Source of the DNA: the human T2T-CHM13v2.0 reference genome, Homo sapiens
NCBI RefSeq assembly: GCF_009914755.1
Contig: NC_060944.1
Strand: one strand, 5' to 3'
DNA: 64,000 bases
The notes beneath the pieces are model-generated. The model had not been told where the DNA came from, did no database searches, and saw only the letters and a list, made by a program, of their open reading frames with translations. Every line of letters starts with the position of its first letter. Within the stretch, counting starts at the first letter, position 1. The position numbers and the translations under genes were made by a program. Shown in pieces: positions 39,134 to 52,880 of the stretch.

Positions 39134-40226
39134 TAGCTTCACGTTTTACCCATGAAGAAACTGAGGTATTCATAGAAAAAGTAATTTGCCAGGAGTCCCA
39201 CAACTAATAAGTGGATGGAGCTGGGAAACTGTCCCCAGGGCATTTGATGACTTGACTAGATTGCCTTTGGGTTTAATCAACGTCTGTTGAATTGATCTTT
39301 ACTTTGGCCCTGGGAGTTATTGGAGGCTAGGCTTGTGATCAGTATTTTACCGCGAAGGCTTAGAAAGGAGAACTGGTCCCAGATTTATAGAGGTCACAAC
39401 AAAACCAAGGCTACTGGTACGCCCTCTGTTCCTTTAGTTCTTCTATCTTTCTTTGCTCCTTTTCGATCAGAAAGCTGCAGACATAGGTGTCATTATCGCT
39501 CACTATTTAAGAAGTGCCCCTCACAGAGCTGTGAGTTCGTAGTCCATGCTTTAACTAATGTAATGTTCATGCTTTAACAGCTAATGTAATGGAGAGAGTG
39601 TAGAATTTGGAATCAGATTGGGGTTCAGTCATTGCTCTGCCACTGACCAAGCTATAAGTTATATGCCTCCCCCCACTTTTTTTTTTTTTTTTGAGACCTG
39701 GTCTCAGTCACCCAGGCTGGAGTGCAGTGGTGCGATCTGGGTTCACTGGAACATCCTGTCTCCCAGGTTCAGGCGATTCTCCCGCCTCAGCCTCCTGAGT
39801 AGCTGGGATTACAGGCGCCCGCCACCGTGCCTGGCTAATTTTTGTATTTCTAGGAGAGATGGGGTTTTGCCATGTTGGCCAAGCTGGTCTCGAACTCCTG
39901 GCCTCAAATGATCTGCCCAACTCAGCCTCCCAAAGTGCTGGGATTACAGTTGTGAGCCACCACACCCAGCCTGTTTTTTTGCTTTTTATATAGGTAATAG
40001 AGCTGTTAGCATTTTGCAAGACCATTGGTGATAATATGGATCATGTTACCTAATGTCCTATAATAGTCAGTAATAATGGGCACTTGTTATAAACCAGGCT
40101 GTGTTTTAGGTAGGAGCTGGGAATACAGCATTCGATAAAACAATGCTTTTGCACTTGTGGAATTTGCATTTTGGTAAGTATATTACATAATAATTAGATA
40201 GGGACAGAAAAAGCATGGTAAGGTAA

Positions 40227-40715
<489 letters not shown>

Positions 40716-41193
40716 TTACCTTGGAAATTAATGGAGATGGAGAAGAGGTCTGAAGCCTTGAGGTTTCCAAACTTTAGATACTGGGGAGATGAGAAAAGGC
40801 AGCAAAGGAGACTGAGTGGGAGAGGCCAGAGGTTGGAAGAGAGCAACAGAGAGGCCCCACATGAGATTTAAATAAGGAGCTGCATGCTAATTTGTTTTTT
40901 TCAGGAGTAAGAAACAAATTATGTCTGTACACAAATGTCTATACTGTAGTTTCTTTCTCAGTAAATAAAATGTTTGTGTCCTCAAGTATTTTTCTGTTTT
41001 TGCTTTAAGTGACAAATTCTATTTAATACCATTCTGCATCTTAGTCCTTGTAGCATTTATGCCTCTATTCCAAGTTTAGGTGGTAGTGTTGCTTCTCTTT
41101 TAAACTTTATTTAAATACTCCTTTTGTAGTATTTTGGATGAGAGAGGATCAAATACATAATTTATCTCACTCTTCTGTCACTTTCCACTCCAG

Positions 41194-41264
41194 GTTCACA
41201 GGTGGCTGTTGGTCTTTAGTAAGGGTGCTGTCTTCCCTGTCTGATCCTTAGCAAAAGTAGGAAG
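41194..41264 (+). other. CEP250: CEP250 5'UTR exon
   Basis: Pyrimidine tract + CAG acceptor; AAG|GTAGGT donor; 71 nt. Confidence 0.7.
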
Positions 41265-42334
41265 GTAGGTCTTGTTCATTTCTGTACCACTGTGGCAGAC
41301 TCCTGATACTGAGTTGAAATTCATGAGTGTTTATGGGATAAATTAATGTACAAAAGAAATGAATCTTTCCCTTTTTCCTGCAGTAATGATAACATTGGCT
41401 CAGTGGTTTACAGCTTAGAAGTACACTGACACTCATTATCTTATTTAGATGTAATCCAATTTGTTACAGTTTGCCAGCTACTGCTCTTTTCCCTTTCTCA
41501 GGCACATTGAAATTTACTTTCCCTTTGGGGGCTCTGCTAGTTTATTCCTAGCAGATCTGATCTGGCAGTGTGTTTGTAAAAGGATGCTGAACTGTGTCTT
41601 GAGGAAGCTCAGAATGAAATCTGAATTTCAGAAAGATTCCTGAGATAATTTTTCTCTGTCTCTTCTCTTTTATTCTTGTTTTAATAAATTTTAGTTTTAT
41701 GAGGATTGTTTTGGTTTTAAAAAACTTTAAATCATTTTTTAAAACTATTTTTTACAACAATTTTAGGGTTACAGAAAAATTGCATAGTACAGAGAGTTCC
41801 TGTATACCTTGCACCCAGTCTCCCCTTTTAGTATGGTATATTTGCTATAATGCAAATCTTTTTTTTTTTTTTTTTTTTTTTTTGAGATGGAGCCTTGCTC
41901 TTGTCGCCCAGGCTGGACAGTGTTGGCCAGGCTGGTCTCGAACTCCTGACCTCAAGTGATCCGCCTGCCTCAGCCTCCCAAAGTGCTGGGATTACAGGTG
42001 TGAGCCACTGTGCCTGGCCATGCAAATCATTTTTTGAGATAAGTGGGGCATATAAAAATATAAACAAAATGAAGTTGCTTTATCTCTACAAGCCTCAGTT
42101 TCCTTATCTGCAAGATGAGGGGGGTGGACTAAATTTCTAAATAGCTTTAAAATTTTTTAATTATCTGCTAAAGTAAAATAATTATATAATTGTAATATAA
42201 TTTTCTTTATTTGCTTAAGTATTACTAATACCACCTTGCCAAATCATGTTTGCAAGTTACTGACAGCCATATCCTAAAAGAAAACTTAATGAGAATTCAT
42301 GGAACTATGTGTGGCAGGACTGCTTATTAGAGAT

Positions 42335-42720
42335 ATTAGGTTGAATGATGTGAAATTGCCATTTTTGTAGATAAAAAGTAATGAGTGAGGCTGGGCTTGG
42401 TGGCTCACACCTATAATGCCATTGCTTTGGGAGGCTTGGACCAGGGGGTGGCTGTCTGAAACCAGGAGTTCGAGACAAGCTTAGGCAACATGGCAAAACC
42501 TTGTCTCTACCAAAGAAAAAAAAAAAAAGCCTCGGTGGCACACATCTTCAGCTCCTCTGAAGGGTGAGGCTGGAGGATCCCTTCAGCCCAGGAATTTGAG
42601 GCTGCGGTGAGCTATGATTGCACCACTGTACTCCAGCCTGGGTGACAGAGCTAGATCCTTTCTCTAAAAATAATAATAATAATAGGATAATATTAGCAAT
42701 TTCATATGGTTCAACCTAAT
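42335..42720. mobile_element. MADE2-like mariner MITE interrupted by an Alu
   Basis: Terminal inverted repeats ATTAGGTTGAA...GAAATTGC (42335-42359) and GCAATTTCATATGGTTCAACCTAAT (42696-42720) around an Alu. Confidence 0.75.
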
Positions 42721-42871
42721 GTTTTGGGATAGGGATTCAACAAAGTGTGAGGGGGCCTTTGAGACCTCATAAACTCCCACTGCATGCAAAAGCCCGGCTC
42801 AGCCCTCACCATACTAGGAGAGAAAAGGCTCCTCAGTTCCCTTGGAGTAACTTGGATCTACATTATTGTAG

Positions 42872-42994
42872 GTAGAGTTGTTGGCAGAAATCCTGGGATA
42901 AGAGAATAGTTTCCTGGAAGATCTGTGCCTCCAACCAGCAGAGAGGGATTGAGCTTCATTGAACTCAACAGAGCCAACATTTCATAGCACCATG
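42872..42994 (+). other. CEP250: CEP250 5'UTR exon ending in CACCATG
   Basis: TGTAG acceptor; ATG|GTGAGT donor; 123 nt. Confidence 0.7.
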
Positions 42995-43169
42995 GTGAGT
43001 TGGTCACACAGCCTTGGCAAAAAGGCTGAAAAGGAGGGTGTAATAGTATGGGGAAAGGTTGTATTCCCCTGGTTCGTAGGCTAGGAAGAGGCCTGGAGTA
43101 CTGGTGCCACCAAACCTTTATTGGTGCCATTCTATTCTCCCTACTTTATGCACTTTCCTTACTGCCTAG

Positions 43170-43695
43170 TACAGGCTCTGCAAACTCAAGTATCTTCGGT
43201 TGTTCAGGAGGTAATGTAAATTAGTAAGCCGAGTTTTCCTCTTTAATGCTACTATAACAGAAACAATAGCACAGTTGCAATGATAAATGACAACTGAAAT
43301 ATGCTATCATTGTGAGGGAGAGAATCGGTGTGTGCATAGGGGAGGCCATGATGAACTGGAGAGCACATGCCCTGTCTAAAGGGGGCAGGCACTATACAAC
43401 TGTGCAGAGCACACGCCCTGTCTAAAGGAGACAGGCGCTGTTCAACTGCACGGAGCGCGTGCCCTGTCTAAACGGGCAGGCACTATTCAACTGTGCAGCT
43501 GGTTGTTGCCTTATTGAAATATGGGTCAAGCATCACTGGGTATTCTGATTTTCCAAAGGAGCCAGAAATATGGATTTTATGTACATTCTCCCAATGATAA
43601 ATGTTGGCACCTAATTTGAATTCTTAAAAACTATTATGTGGGCCACACAATGGCTGAAAAGAGCTAGCAGGGCACTGATTTGTCATCTCTGGCTT
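43170..43695 (+). mobile_element. MER103-like hAT element with an internal 3 x 46-bp tandem repeat (43361-43497)
   Basis: GAACTGGAGAGCACATGCCCTGTCTAAAGGGGGCAG...GAGCCAGAAATATGGATTTTATG. Confidence 0.65.
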
Positions 43696-45261
43696 ATGGC
43701 TTAGCTCTGCCAGGAGTGAGGCTCACATGCATTTCTTCACTGGACATTGTTGACAAGTTACAATTAAAATGAATTAGACAGCTCCTGCCTTTGAGGTACT
43801 CATGGATTAGCAGAGAAAATAGACAAGTAATGATGATAAGATGTAGAGTAGACATCAGAACATATGTATTCTCTCTGTGTATATAGCTATAAAAGTGACT
43901 AACTCTTCCTGGGTTCATCTGGGAGGACATGATAGGACGTGGCATTTGAGCCAGGATGTGGGAAATCAATAGTTTGGTGCATTAAAGGGATTTGGGGCCC
44001 TTGAAATTTCTACTGTATGTGCAAATGTTAGGTTTGCATTCGCTGTATATACCATTTTGTTGATAGGTAGTTGAAAATACGGATATTCCTTAGCCCTGCT
44101 GGTGAGAGTCTTAGGGTTAATAAAATGAGAGAACTCTTCCTCTGGCCCAGGTTATGGGATAATTGTGTGTTTTAGAGGCCTAAGTAACTCAGAGGTCATG
44201 ATACCCTCATTTCTGGATGAGGGAAGTAGCACATCTGAGGTCACAGAGCCCATTGGAGGCAGAGCTTGGACTAACACCCAGAACTCTTTACCACCATGCC
44301 TTCCCCTGTCCTGGGTATCTCTGATGAAGGTCACCGTTAGGCTGGCCGCCTCTGCCTGTGGTGGCCCATTGCCCTGTTTTGGCCCAGCTCCTGGTGGGTG
44401 AGGGGGTTTGGCCATCCTGCTGCCACTGGTTCCTTCTCTCTTTTGGATCCTTTGCCTGAAATGCCTGCTACCCCTTTTCTTTGTCAGATAGACTACTTGT
44501 GTTCAAATCTCTCTCAACCATATGCCAGCTGTGTGGCCTGGCACAAGTTTTTTAACCTTTCTAAGCCCCAGTTTCCTCATCTATATATAAAGAGTTATAA
44601 TAGTACGTTTGGTGAAGTGTAATGAGAAGGCATTGGAAGGTTTCAAGATTTTTGTAAAAACAAAATGACGTAATGCATGTAAAGCACTTAAAGCAACAGC
44701 CCTCCAGAAGCACTCAGCAAGTGTTAACAATGATGATGATGATTCACACAGTTCACAGGCTCCCAGGCTGGGTTAAGTTCTCTTCCTTTGTTTTCTCATA
44801 TTATCTTATTATTTCACATGCTACATTGTATGTATTGTAATAGTTTGTGTCTATTTCCCCTGCTAGACTAAGAACACCTTCAGCGATTCATTCAACAAAT
44901 GTTTCTGAACCACTGTGCCAGGAACTAAGGATGCAGTGATAAACCAGGAGCTCTTGGTTTAGTGCAGAGTTCCAAAAGTCATGCCAGGAGACACTAGTCC
45001 TGTGAGCTTGTCTCATGGTCAGTTAAATTTGGGGAATGATGCTCATCATAGCGCCCTTCAGAGATGAGGGTCCCTTTTAGTATTTTAAAGGTTCTGAGGA
45101 GTCTTGTGTGTAGTAAAAGAACAGTCCTTTCCATTTGACTATGTGCTTTGGTCCCCAGTTCAAGAGGAGGTTGAAGTGGCATGGCAATGGTTAGAGACCC
45201 TGCTGGGCGTGAACACCCTCTGGCTACCTAGGGACCTGTGGGCCTACCACCTGGTGCCCTC

Positions 45262-45447
45262 ATGGAGACAAGAAGCCCTGGGTTGAACAACATGAAGCCC
45301 CAGTCACTGCAGCTGGTACTGGAAGAGCAGGTGCTGGCACTACAGCAGCAGATGGCAGAGAATCAGGCAGCCTCCTGGCGGAAGCTGAAGAACTCCCAGG
45401 AGGCCCAGCAGAGACAAGCAACCCTTGTGAGGAAGCTGCAGGCCAAG
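45262..45447 (+). CDS. CEP250: CEP250/C-Nap1 first coding exon (exon begins 45159), METRSPGLNNMKPQSL...LQAK
   Basis: Recognised N-terminus; AAG|GTGAG donor; 186 nt. Confidence 0.97.
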
Positions 45448-45658
45448 GTGAGGCAGCTGCCCTTTTGGGGAGGGGAAAGAGAACAACCCCCAGAGCTAGG
45501 TGCTGAGGTGAGATAAGGGTTGCAGGAGGCAGAGTCTTGTGGTGGGAGTGGCCTACATCTAGCATGGTGAGATAAGACCCAGACCTTCTAGCTTTCATGT
45601 ACAGCTTCTCTTTTGATGCTCACAACTGCTCCATGAGGTACGTATTATATCCTTTTAA

Positions 45659-45832
<174 letters not shown>

Positions 45833-46468
45833 TAAAGATGAAATTCACAAGGGTTAAGTTAATTATCCAGGTTTCTTCAGCTAGTCTAGAGCCAAAGCCC
45901 ATGATCTTGCCTCTGTGATATAAAAGGCATATAGAAAGTATTTATTTATTTATTTATATATTTTTGAGACAGAGTCTCGCTCATATAGAAAGTATTATTT
46001 AAATGCCCAAATAAGGCCAGGCACGGTGGCCCATGCCTGTAATCCCAGAATTTTGGGAGGCCGAGGCAGGTGTATCACCTGAGGTCAGGAGTTTGAGACC
46101 AGCCTGGCCAACATGGCAAAACCCTGTCTCTACTAAAAATACAAAAATTAGCTGAGTGTGGTGGCGCATGCCTGTAATCCCAGCTACTCGGGAGGCTGAG
46201 TTAGAAGAATCACTTCAATCTGGGAAGCGGAGGTTGCAGTGAGCCAAGATTGTGCCACTGCACTCCAGCCTGGGACACAGAGCGAGACTCCATCTCAAAA
46301 AAGAAAAAAATGCCCAAATAGAAACTATAAGATGTTATGGCCTTACCTTACTGTCACCACCCATTTCCCCTGTTCATAGCAAGTTTGCCTAAGATCCTCA
46401 GGGGCCTTTGCTTTGGGCTGTTTGTGCCAGCTGTGTTCATTGCCCAGGGCCTGTTCTTTTTGCTGCAG

Positions 46469-46525
46469 GTGCTGCAGTACCGAAGCTGGTGCCAAGAGCT
46501 GGAGAAGCGGCTAGAAGCCACTGGA
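46469..46525 (+). CDS. CEP250: CEP250 exon VLQYRSWCQELEKRLEATG
   Basis: AG/GT boundaries; 57 nt; cumulative 243. Confidence 0.95.
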
Positions 46526-47032
46526 GTGAGTGAGGCTGAGCTCTCTGCACCCCCTGGGTCCTCAGTGAATATACTTGTTAGGTTTCATTTGTTGACTGAG
46601 GGAGGTTGGAGTGTACAAGTGAGGTGTTTGGTGGAAGGCTCTCTTTCTCAGCCTCTGAGAGGTTTATCACACTGATATCTTCATTGGACCTAGCTGGCCT
46701 GTCAGATTCCAACCCTTGGTTTTCAAAGGACGAAATGTAAATTAGATTGGAAGGAGTGTGGGATTAGCAGGAAGAAGTGCATGTTTCCTCCAGCAGGTGT
46801 CAGTGTTTCTTTTAGAAAGATGCAGGCCTTTGCGAGCCTACAGCATGTCTGCAGCAAAGGGATGTCTGTGCTATTAGAACTGGCTTTGAAAAACCCATTT
46901 ATTTGCCTTTGTTCCAGCTGCCTCTCAGTACCTCCTCACATTTTCCTCAGAAAAGTTCTCTCAGAGGAAGGAAAGAACCAAAACTTATTGAGCACCCTCA
47001 ATGCAGTCCAGGCAGCATGAGGCACTGTCATA

Positions 47033-47925
<893 letters not shown>

Positions 47926-47940
47926 TAATTGTGTCTCTTA

Positions 47941-48348
<408 letters not shown>

Positions 48349-48636
48349 TCACTTCCCAAGGTCAAACCGTTAGTGTAGTGGAAGTTAAGGCCATTAGTGA
48401 AAGATACATCACTTCTTAAGTTGAAGATTCTATTTACTACTGAAGGCCGTCTTTCAGGAGAGGTCATCAGTTTACTTTTGGAGTGAGGGATGCAGTGATT
48501 GAGAATAGAAGCATATTGCTAACAAAGGGGAGAAAGAATAAAAAGAAAGTGGACTGCCATGGAAGGGAGCCTTAGGGAACTGGTCTGAGTGATGTTCTCT
48601 TTGGAGGTAAGTAAGGCTTGTCTCTGTCTGGCGCAG

Positions 48637-48719
48637 GGACCAATCCCCCAGAGGTGGGAAAATGTGGAGGAGCCAAACCTGGATGAGCTGCTGGTCCGAT
48701 TGGAGGAGGAGCAACAGAG
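48637..48719 (+). CDS. CEP250: CEP250 exon GPIPQRWENVEEPNLDELLVRLEEEQQ
   Basis: AG/GT; 83 nt; cumulative 326. Confidence 0.95.
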
Positions 48720-48932
48720 GTGATGGACCCCAAACTTTCTGACCTGGGTGATTGGCCAGTTGGTGGAGAAGGCTGATGGGAAACTTCTGCCCTGAGGGCT
48801 AATGTGGACTTCAGCCATAGCCCTCTAATTCCTGCAATGGAAAATTTCAGTGGTTGCCATCTTACTCCCAGGAGGTCCAAGGGTTGGACTAGACCTTTAT
48901 TTTGCACCCACTTTTACCCCTCCCCAGTGCAG

Positions 48933-49098
48933 GTGTGAGAGTCTAGCAGAGGTGAACACCCAGCTTCGACTGCACATGGAAAAAGCTGACGTGGTGAATA
49001 AAGCCCTTAGGGAAGATGTGGAAAAACTGACAGTGGACTGGAGCCGGGCCCGGGATGAGCTAATGAGGAAGGAGAGCCAGTGGCAGATGGAGCAGGAG
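48933..49098 (+). CDS. CEP250: CEP250 exon CESLAEVNTQL...WQMEQE (rootletin-like region)
   Basis: AG/GT; 166 nt; cumulative 492. Confidence 0.95.
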
Positions 49099-49859
49099 GT
49101 AGGAAGAACGGGGACTGGAACTGTGAGAGGAAGCCTGTGTATTCTGGATGCTGCCCTGGTCAGTACTGGAAGGAGTTAACTTCAGGACTTGGATGAAAAC
49201 TGAGCTGTTGCTGTTAAAGTCCCTGACCATCCTTACCTGCGCATGCTGGCAGCCTCAGCCTTCTTGGGCCTTCAGCTTAGACCTGCCACTACCCGCCTAG
49301 TCTAGGTTCTGCTGGGAGGTAGCATGACACTCAGAGCAACTCTGTTCCTGCAGCAGTGACGAGCTTAGGTTTTTGATGGATCTGAAAGCTTACTGATTCC
49401 TGGTCTGGAGGTCTTGCATATCTAGATGCTAAGGAGGTAGATATGAAACTGAATGGGAAAGAAAGAGCTGTTATGGGCCCTGGGGAATTTTCAGGTCCCA
49501 GCTGAAGGAAACAAATGTTTCCTGCATTTTTGCTTTGTGCTCAGTGGTTTATGTATATCATTGACTCCTCCTTAGAAAAGTCTGTGGTAATAGATCCCAT
49601 TTGTTAAGCAGCTACCGTGTATCCTTTTCTAATCTGGCCCAGAGGAAGGCGATATACCATCCTAGGCCCTCTGACCTGTCGAATCCCACTGCCAACTTTA
49701 TTAAGCCCTTCACCATAACCTGGATAGATACCCATTCATAAACTATCTCCTGTAAGTCCCTCCTTCCTTCCCTCAGTAGTCAGGAGGAATCCAAGACTCT
49801 TGTGTTGGCAAAAGATAGCCCTCTGCCTTTGGGTATGACCTGGGTTTCTGAACACACAG

Positions 49860-49966
49860 TTCTTCAAGGGCTACCTGAAAGGGGAGCACGGTCGCCTTCT
49901 CAGTCTATGGCGGGAGGTTGTGACATTCCGACGCCACTTCCTGGAAATGAAGTCAGCTACTGACAG
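49860..49966 (+). CDS. CEP250: CEP250 exon FFKGYLKGEHGRLLSLWREVV...ATD
   Basis: AG/GT; 107 nt; cumulative 599. Confidence 0.95.
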
Positions 49967-50197
49967 GTCAGTGTGGGGAGAAGAAGGGAGGAGGTTTGCC
50001 CCTACCAATTCTGGACTAATAACAGTGGGCTGCTATAGAAGCGGGATCAGCTGTGGGGGTGGGGTGGGTGGGGGAGTTGGTAGTATTGGAAGCAGATGAT
50101 TTTTCCCAGCCCTGCTCCTCAGGCTTCACTGGGCCTGATCACCACACTCCTTCCCTGGTTCCTAGTGGAGTCTGCTGTTTTCCTTGCTTGTACTCAG

Positions 50198-50449
50198 AGA
50201 TCTGATGGAGCTAAAAGCTGAGCATGTGAGGCTTTCAGGGTCTCTGTTGACCTGTTGTCTGCGCTTGACTGTGGGAGCACAGTCTCGGGAACCCAACGGA
50301 TCTGGAAGAATGGATGGGCGGGAGCCGGCCCAGCTGCTGCTGCTACTAGCCAAGACCCAGGAGCTGGAGAAGGAAGCCCATGAAAGGAGCCAGGAGTTAA
50401 TACAGCTGAAGAGTCAAGGGGATCTGGAGAAGGCTGAACTTCAGGACCG
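50198..50449 (+). CDS. CEP250: CEP250 exon DLMELKAEHV...AELQD
   Basis: AG/GT; 252 nt; cumulative 851. Confidence 0.95.
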
Positions 50450-52783
50450 GTGAGATGGCCTGGGGTCCCAGGAAGGGTTCGCTGAGAGAGAGCTGACTCC
50501 TTTAGAGGGTTAGGGACAGGCAGGGGGAGGTGCCAGGAACATTCCTACCATGGAGGGGGAGAAGATGTGCCCAAGGAAATCTACTTTGAAACCTGATGCC
50601 ACAGTTGGGGCTTGTACTGACCTCTGCCCTCAGCCTGTCTTTTAGCCCAGTTTCTTTCCTGTTGATTTATGGAGCTAGCTATGACTCCATCCTCCATCAA
50701 CACCAAAGTGCTTGCCATTCCCAGAACAGCCAAGCTCTTCCCCCTCCCTGTCTTTGTACCTGCTGAATTTAGTCTGGAATGCCTCCCTCCCTTCTCTCTC
50801 TGCCTTATCCTCTAAGACATAGTTCAAATATTACCTCTTTTTTTTTTTTTTTTTTTTGAGACGGAGTCTCATTCTATCGCCCAGGCTGGAGAGCAGTGGC
50901 ATGATCTTGCCTACTGCAACCTCTGCCTCCTGGGTTCAAGTGACTCCCCTGCCTCAGCCTCCCAAGTACCTGGGACTGTTTACAGGCACATGCCACCATA
51001 CCCAGCTAATGTTTGTATTTTTAGTAGAGACAGGGTTTCACCATGTTGGTCAGGCTGGTCTCAAACTCCTGACCTCAAGTGATCCACCTGCCTCAGCCTC
51101 CCAAAGTGTTGGGATTACAAGCGTGAGCCACTGCAACTCGCCGAAATGTCACCTCTTCTATGAAGCCTTCTCTGACCTCAGTAGCCTGCTAAGTTACTGT
51201 GCCCTTGTAGTCTTTTGACCTCTTATTACAGCATTGATCTCACTGATGATTTAGTTTCCCCTACCTTCTTTTTTTGGTGAGGCTGTTTTACTTTTTGGAT
51301 TATAATGAAGTAGGTTTTTAAAAAATAATGACATAGAAGGGCAGGGAAATGAGCAGAGAGCCCCATTGAATCTCAGGACAAAGTTCATATATGCCCATGA
51401 CGAGGGTTGTATCTTCACCTGTTGGAGGTACATACATAAAATGCAGGGCTATTTTGTTTTGTTTTTGCTTTTGGAGGCACTGAGAAGTACAAAAGCAGGC
51501 CATGTCTTCGTAAGTTTTTATTTCTAGTACTTTGTACTTCACCTGCCGTATACTAGACACTCAATACATTTTGTTTCTTTGTTTTTTGAGACAGAGTCTA
51601 GCTCTGTTGCCCAGGCTGGAGTGCAGTAGTGTAAACACAGCTCACCGCAGCCTTAACCTCCTGGGCTGAAGCAATTCTCTTGCCTCAGCCTCCAAAGTAG
51701 CTGGGATTACAGGCACGCACCACTATGCCTGGCTAACTTTTTAATTTTTTTGTAGAGACGGGGTCTCACTATGTTTCCCAGGCCGGTCTGGAACTCCTGA
51801 GCTCAAGCAGTCTTTCCACCTTGGCCTCCCAAAGTTCTAGGATTACAGGTTGAGCCACCGTGGCTGGCCAGTGAATGTTTGTTGAGTGATGCAATACTTA
51901 AACAAATGACCATACAGTGTGTTAAGGTTCTTAGAGATGGTATAGAATAAAATTATTAAGACTTTTGCTGAGTGAGGAGGATCACTTGAGCCCAGGAGTT
52001 TGAGACCAGCCTGGACAACATAGTGAGACCTTGTCTCTACTAAAAGTAAAAATAAAAAAAGAATAGCCATGTGGTGGCATGCACCTATAATTCTAGCTAC
52101 TTGGGAAGCTGAGGCAGGAGGATTGCTTGAGAGTGAGCTATGATTGCACCACTGTATTCCAGCCTGGGCAACAGAGCAAGACCCTGTCTCAAAAAAAAAA
52201 TTGGAAAAAAATTTAAACTTTTAGATAGCATTCATTCAAGAAATATTTATTTAGCCACTCACATAATAGCAAGCAGTAAGCTCTAAGATATAGTGTTAAG
52301 TGTTTGGTGATTTTGCTGGACTTTGAGATTAATATCAAGAAGGTTGAACATAATCTTCCCCAAATTGCCCTTCCTTTTTCCCTATCAGAGTCAGAACCTC
52401 GGGCTGGAGGGACCTTGGGACTATCCCAAGTGCAATTCTGATGTTCTTATTGGCTTCAGGGTGCTTGACTTCAAGATCAAGCGAGGCCTGGAAGGGCCTG
52501 GGCCAGGGCTTTCCTTCAGCTCTTGGGCCCCCAAACACGTGTTCCAGCCTTGAGATGTGGTAAATCCCTGCATGTGTCTGAGTGGTTTTTTGCTTCCCCA
52601 CTTCAAGGCTATAGCATCATGTGGTATTCAGGGAGTGCAGACGGGCTGGGGGTGCCTAAGGGATTTGGGGGAGGCTGCAGTTGGGAGTGGTTGGGGTTGG
52701 GGCTGGGGCTGGGGTGTGCTGCATCGTAGCTCTGTCCACATCCATGGGCTGTTCTGGTGACAGTGCTATGCTCTTCTCTTTAG

Positions 52784-52880
52784 GGTGACCGAGCTCTCTG
52801 CTCTGTTGACCCAGTCTCAGAAGCAAAATGAAGATTATGAAAAGATGATAAAGGCTCTGAGAGAGACAGTGGAGATCCTG
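52784..52880 (+). CDS. CEP250: CEP250 exon VTELSALL...ETVEIL
   Basis: AG/GT; 97 nt; cumulative 948. Confidence 0.95.
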
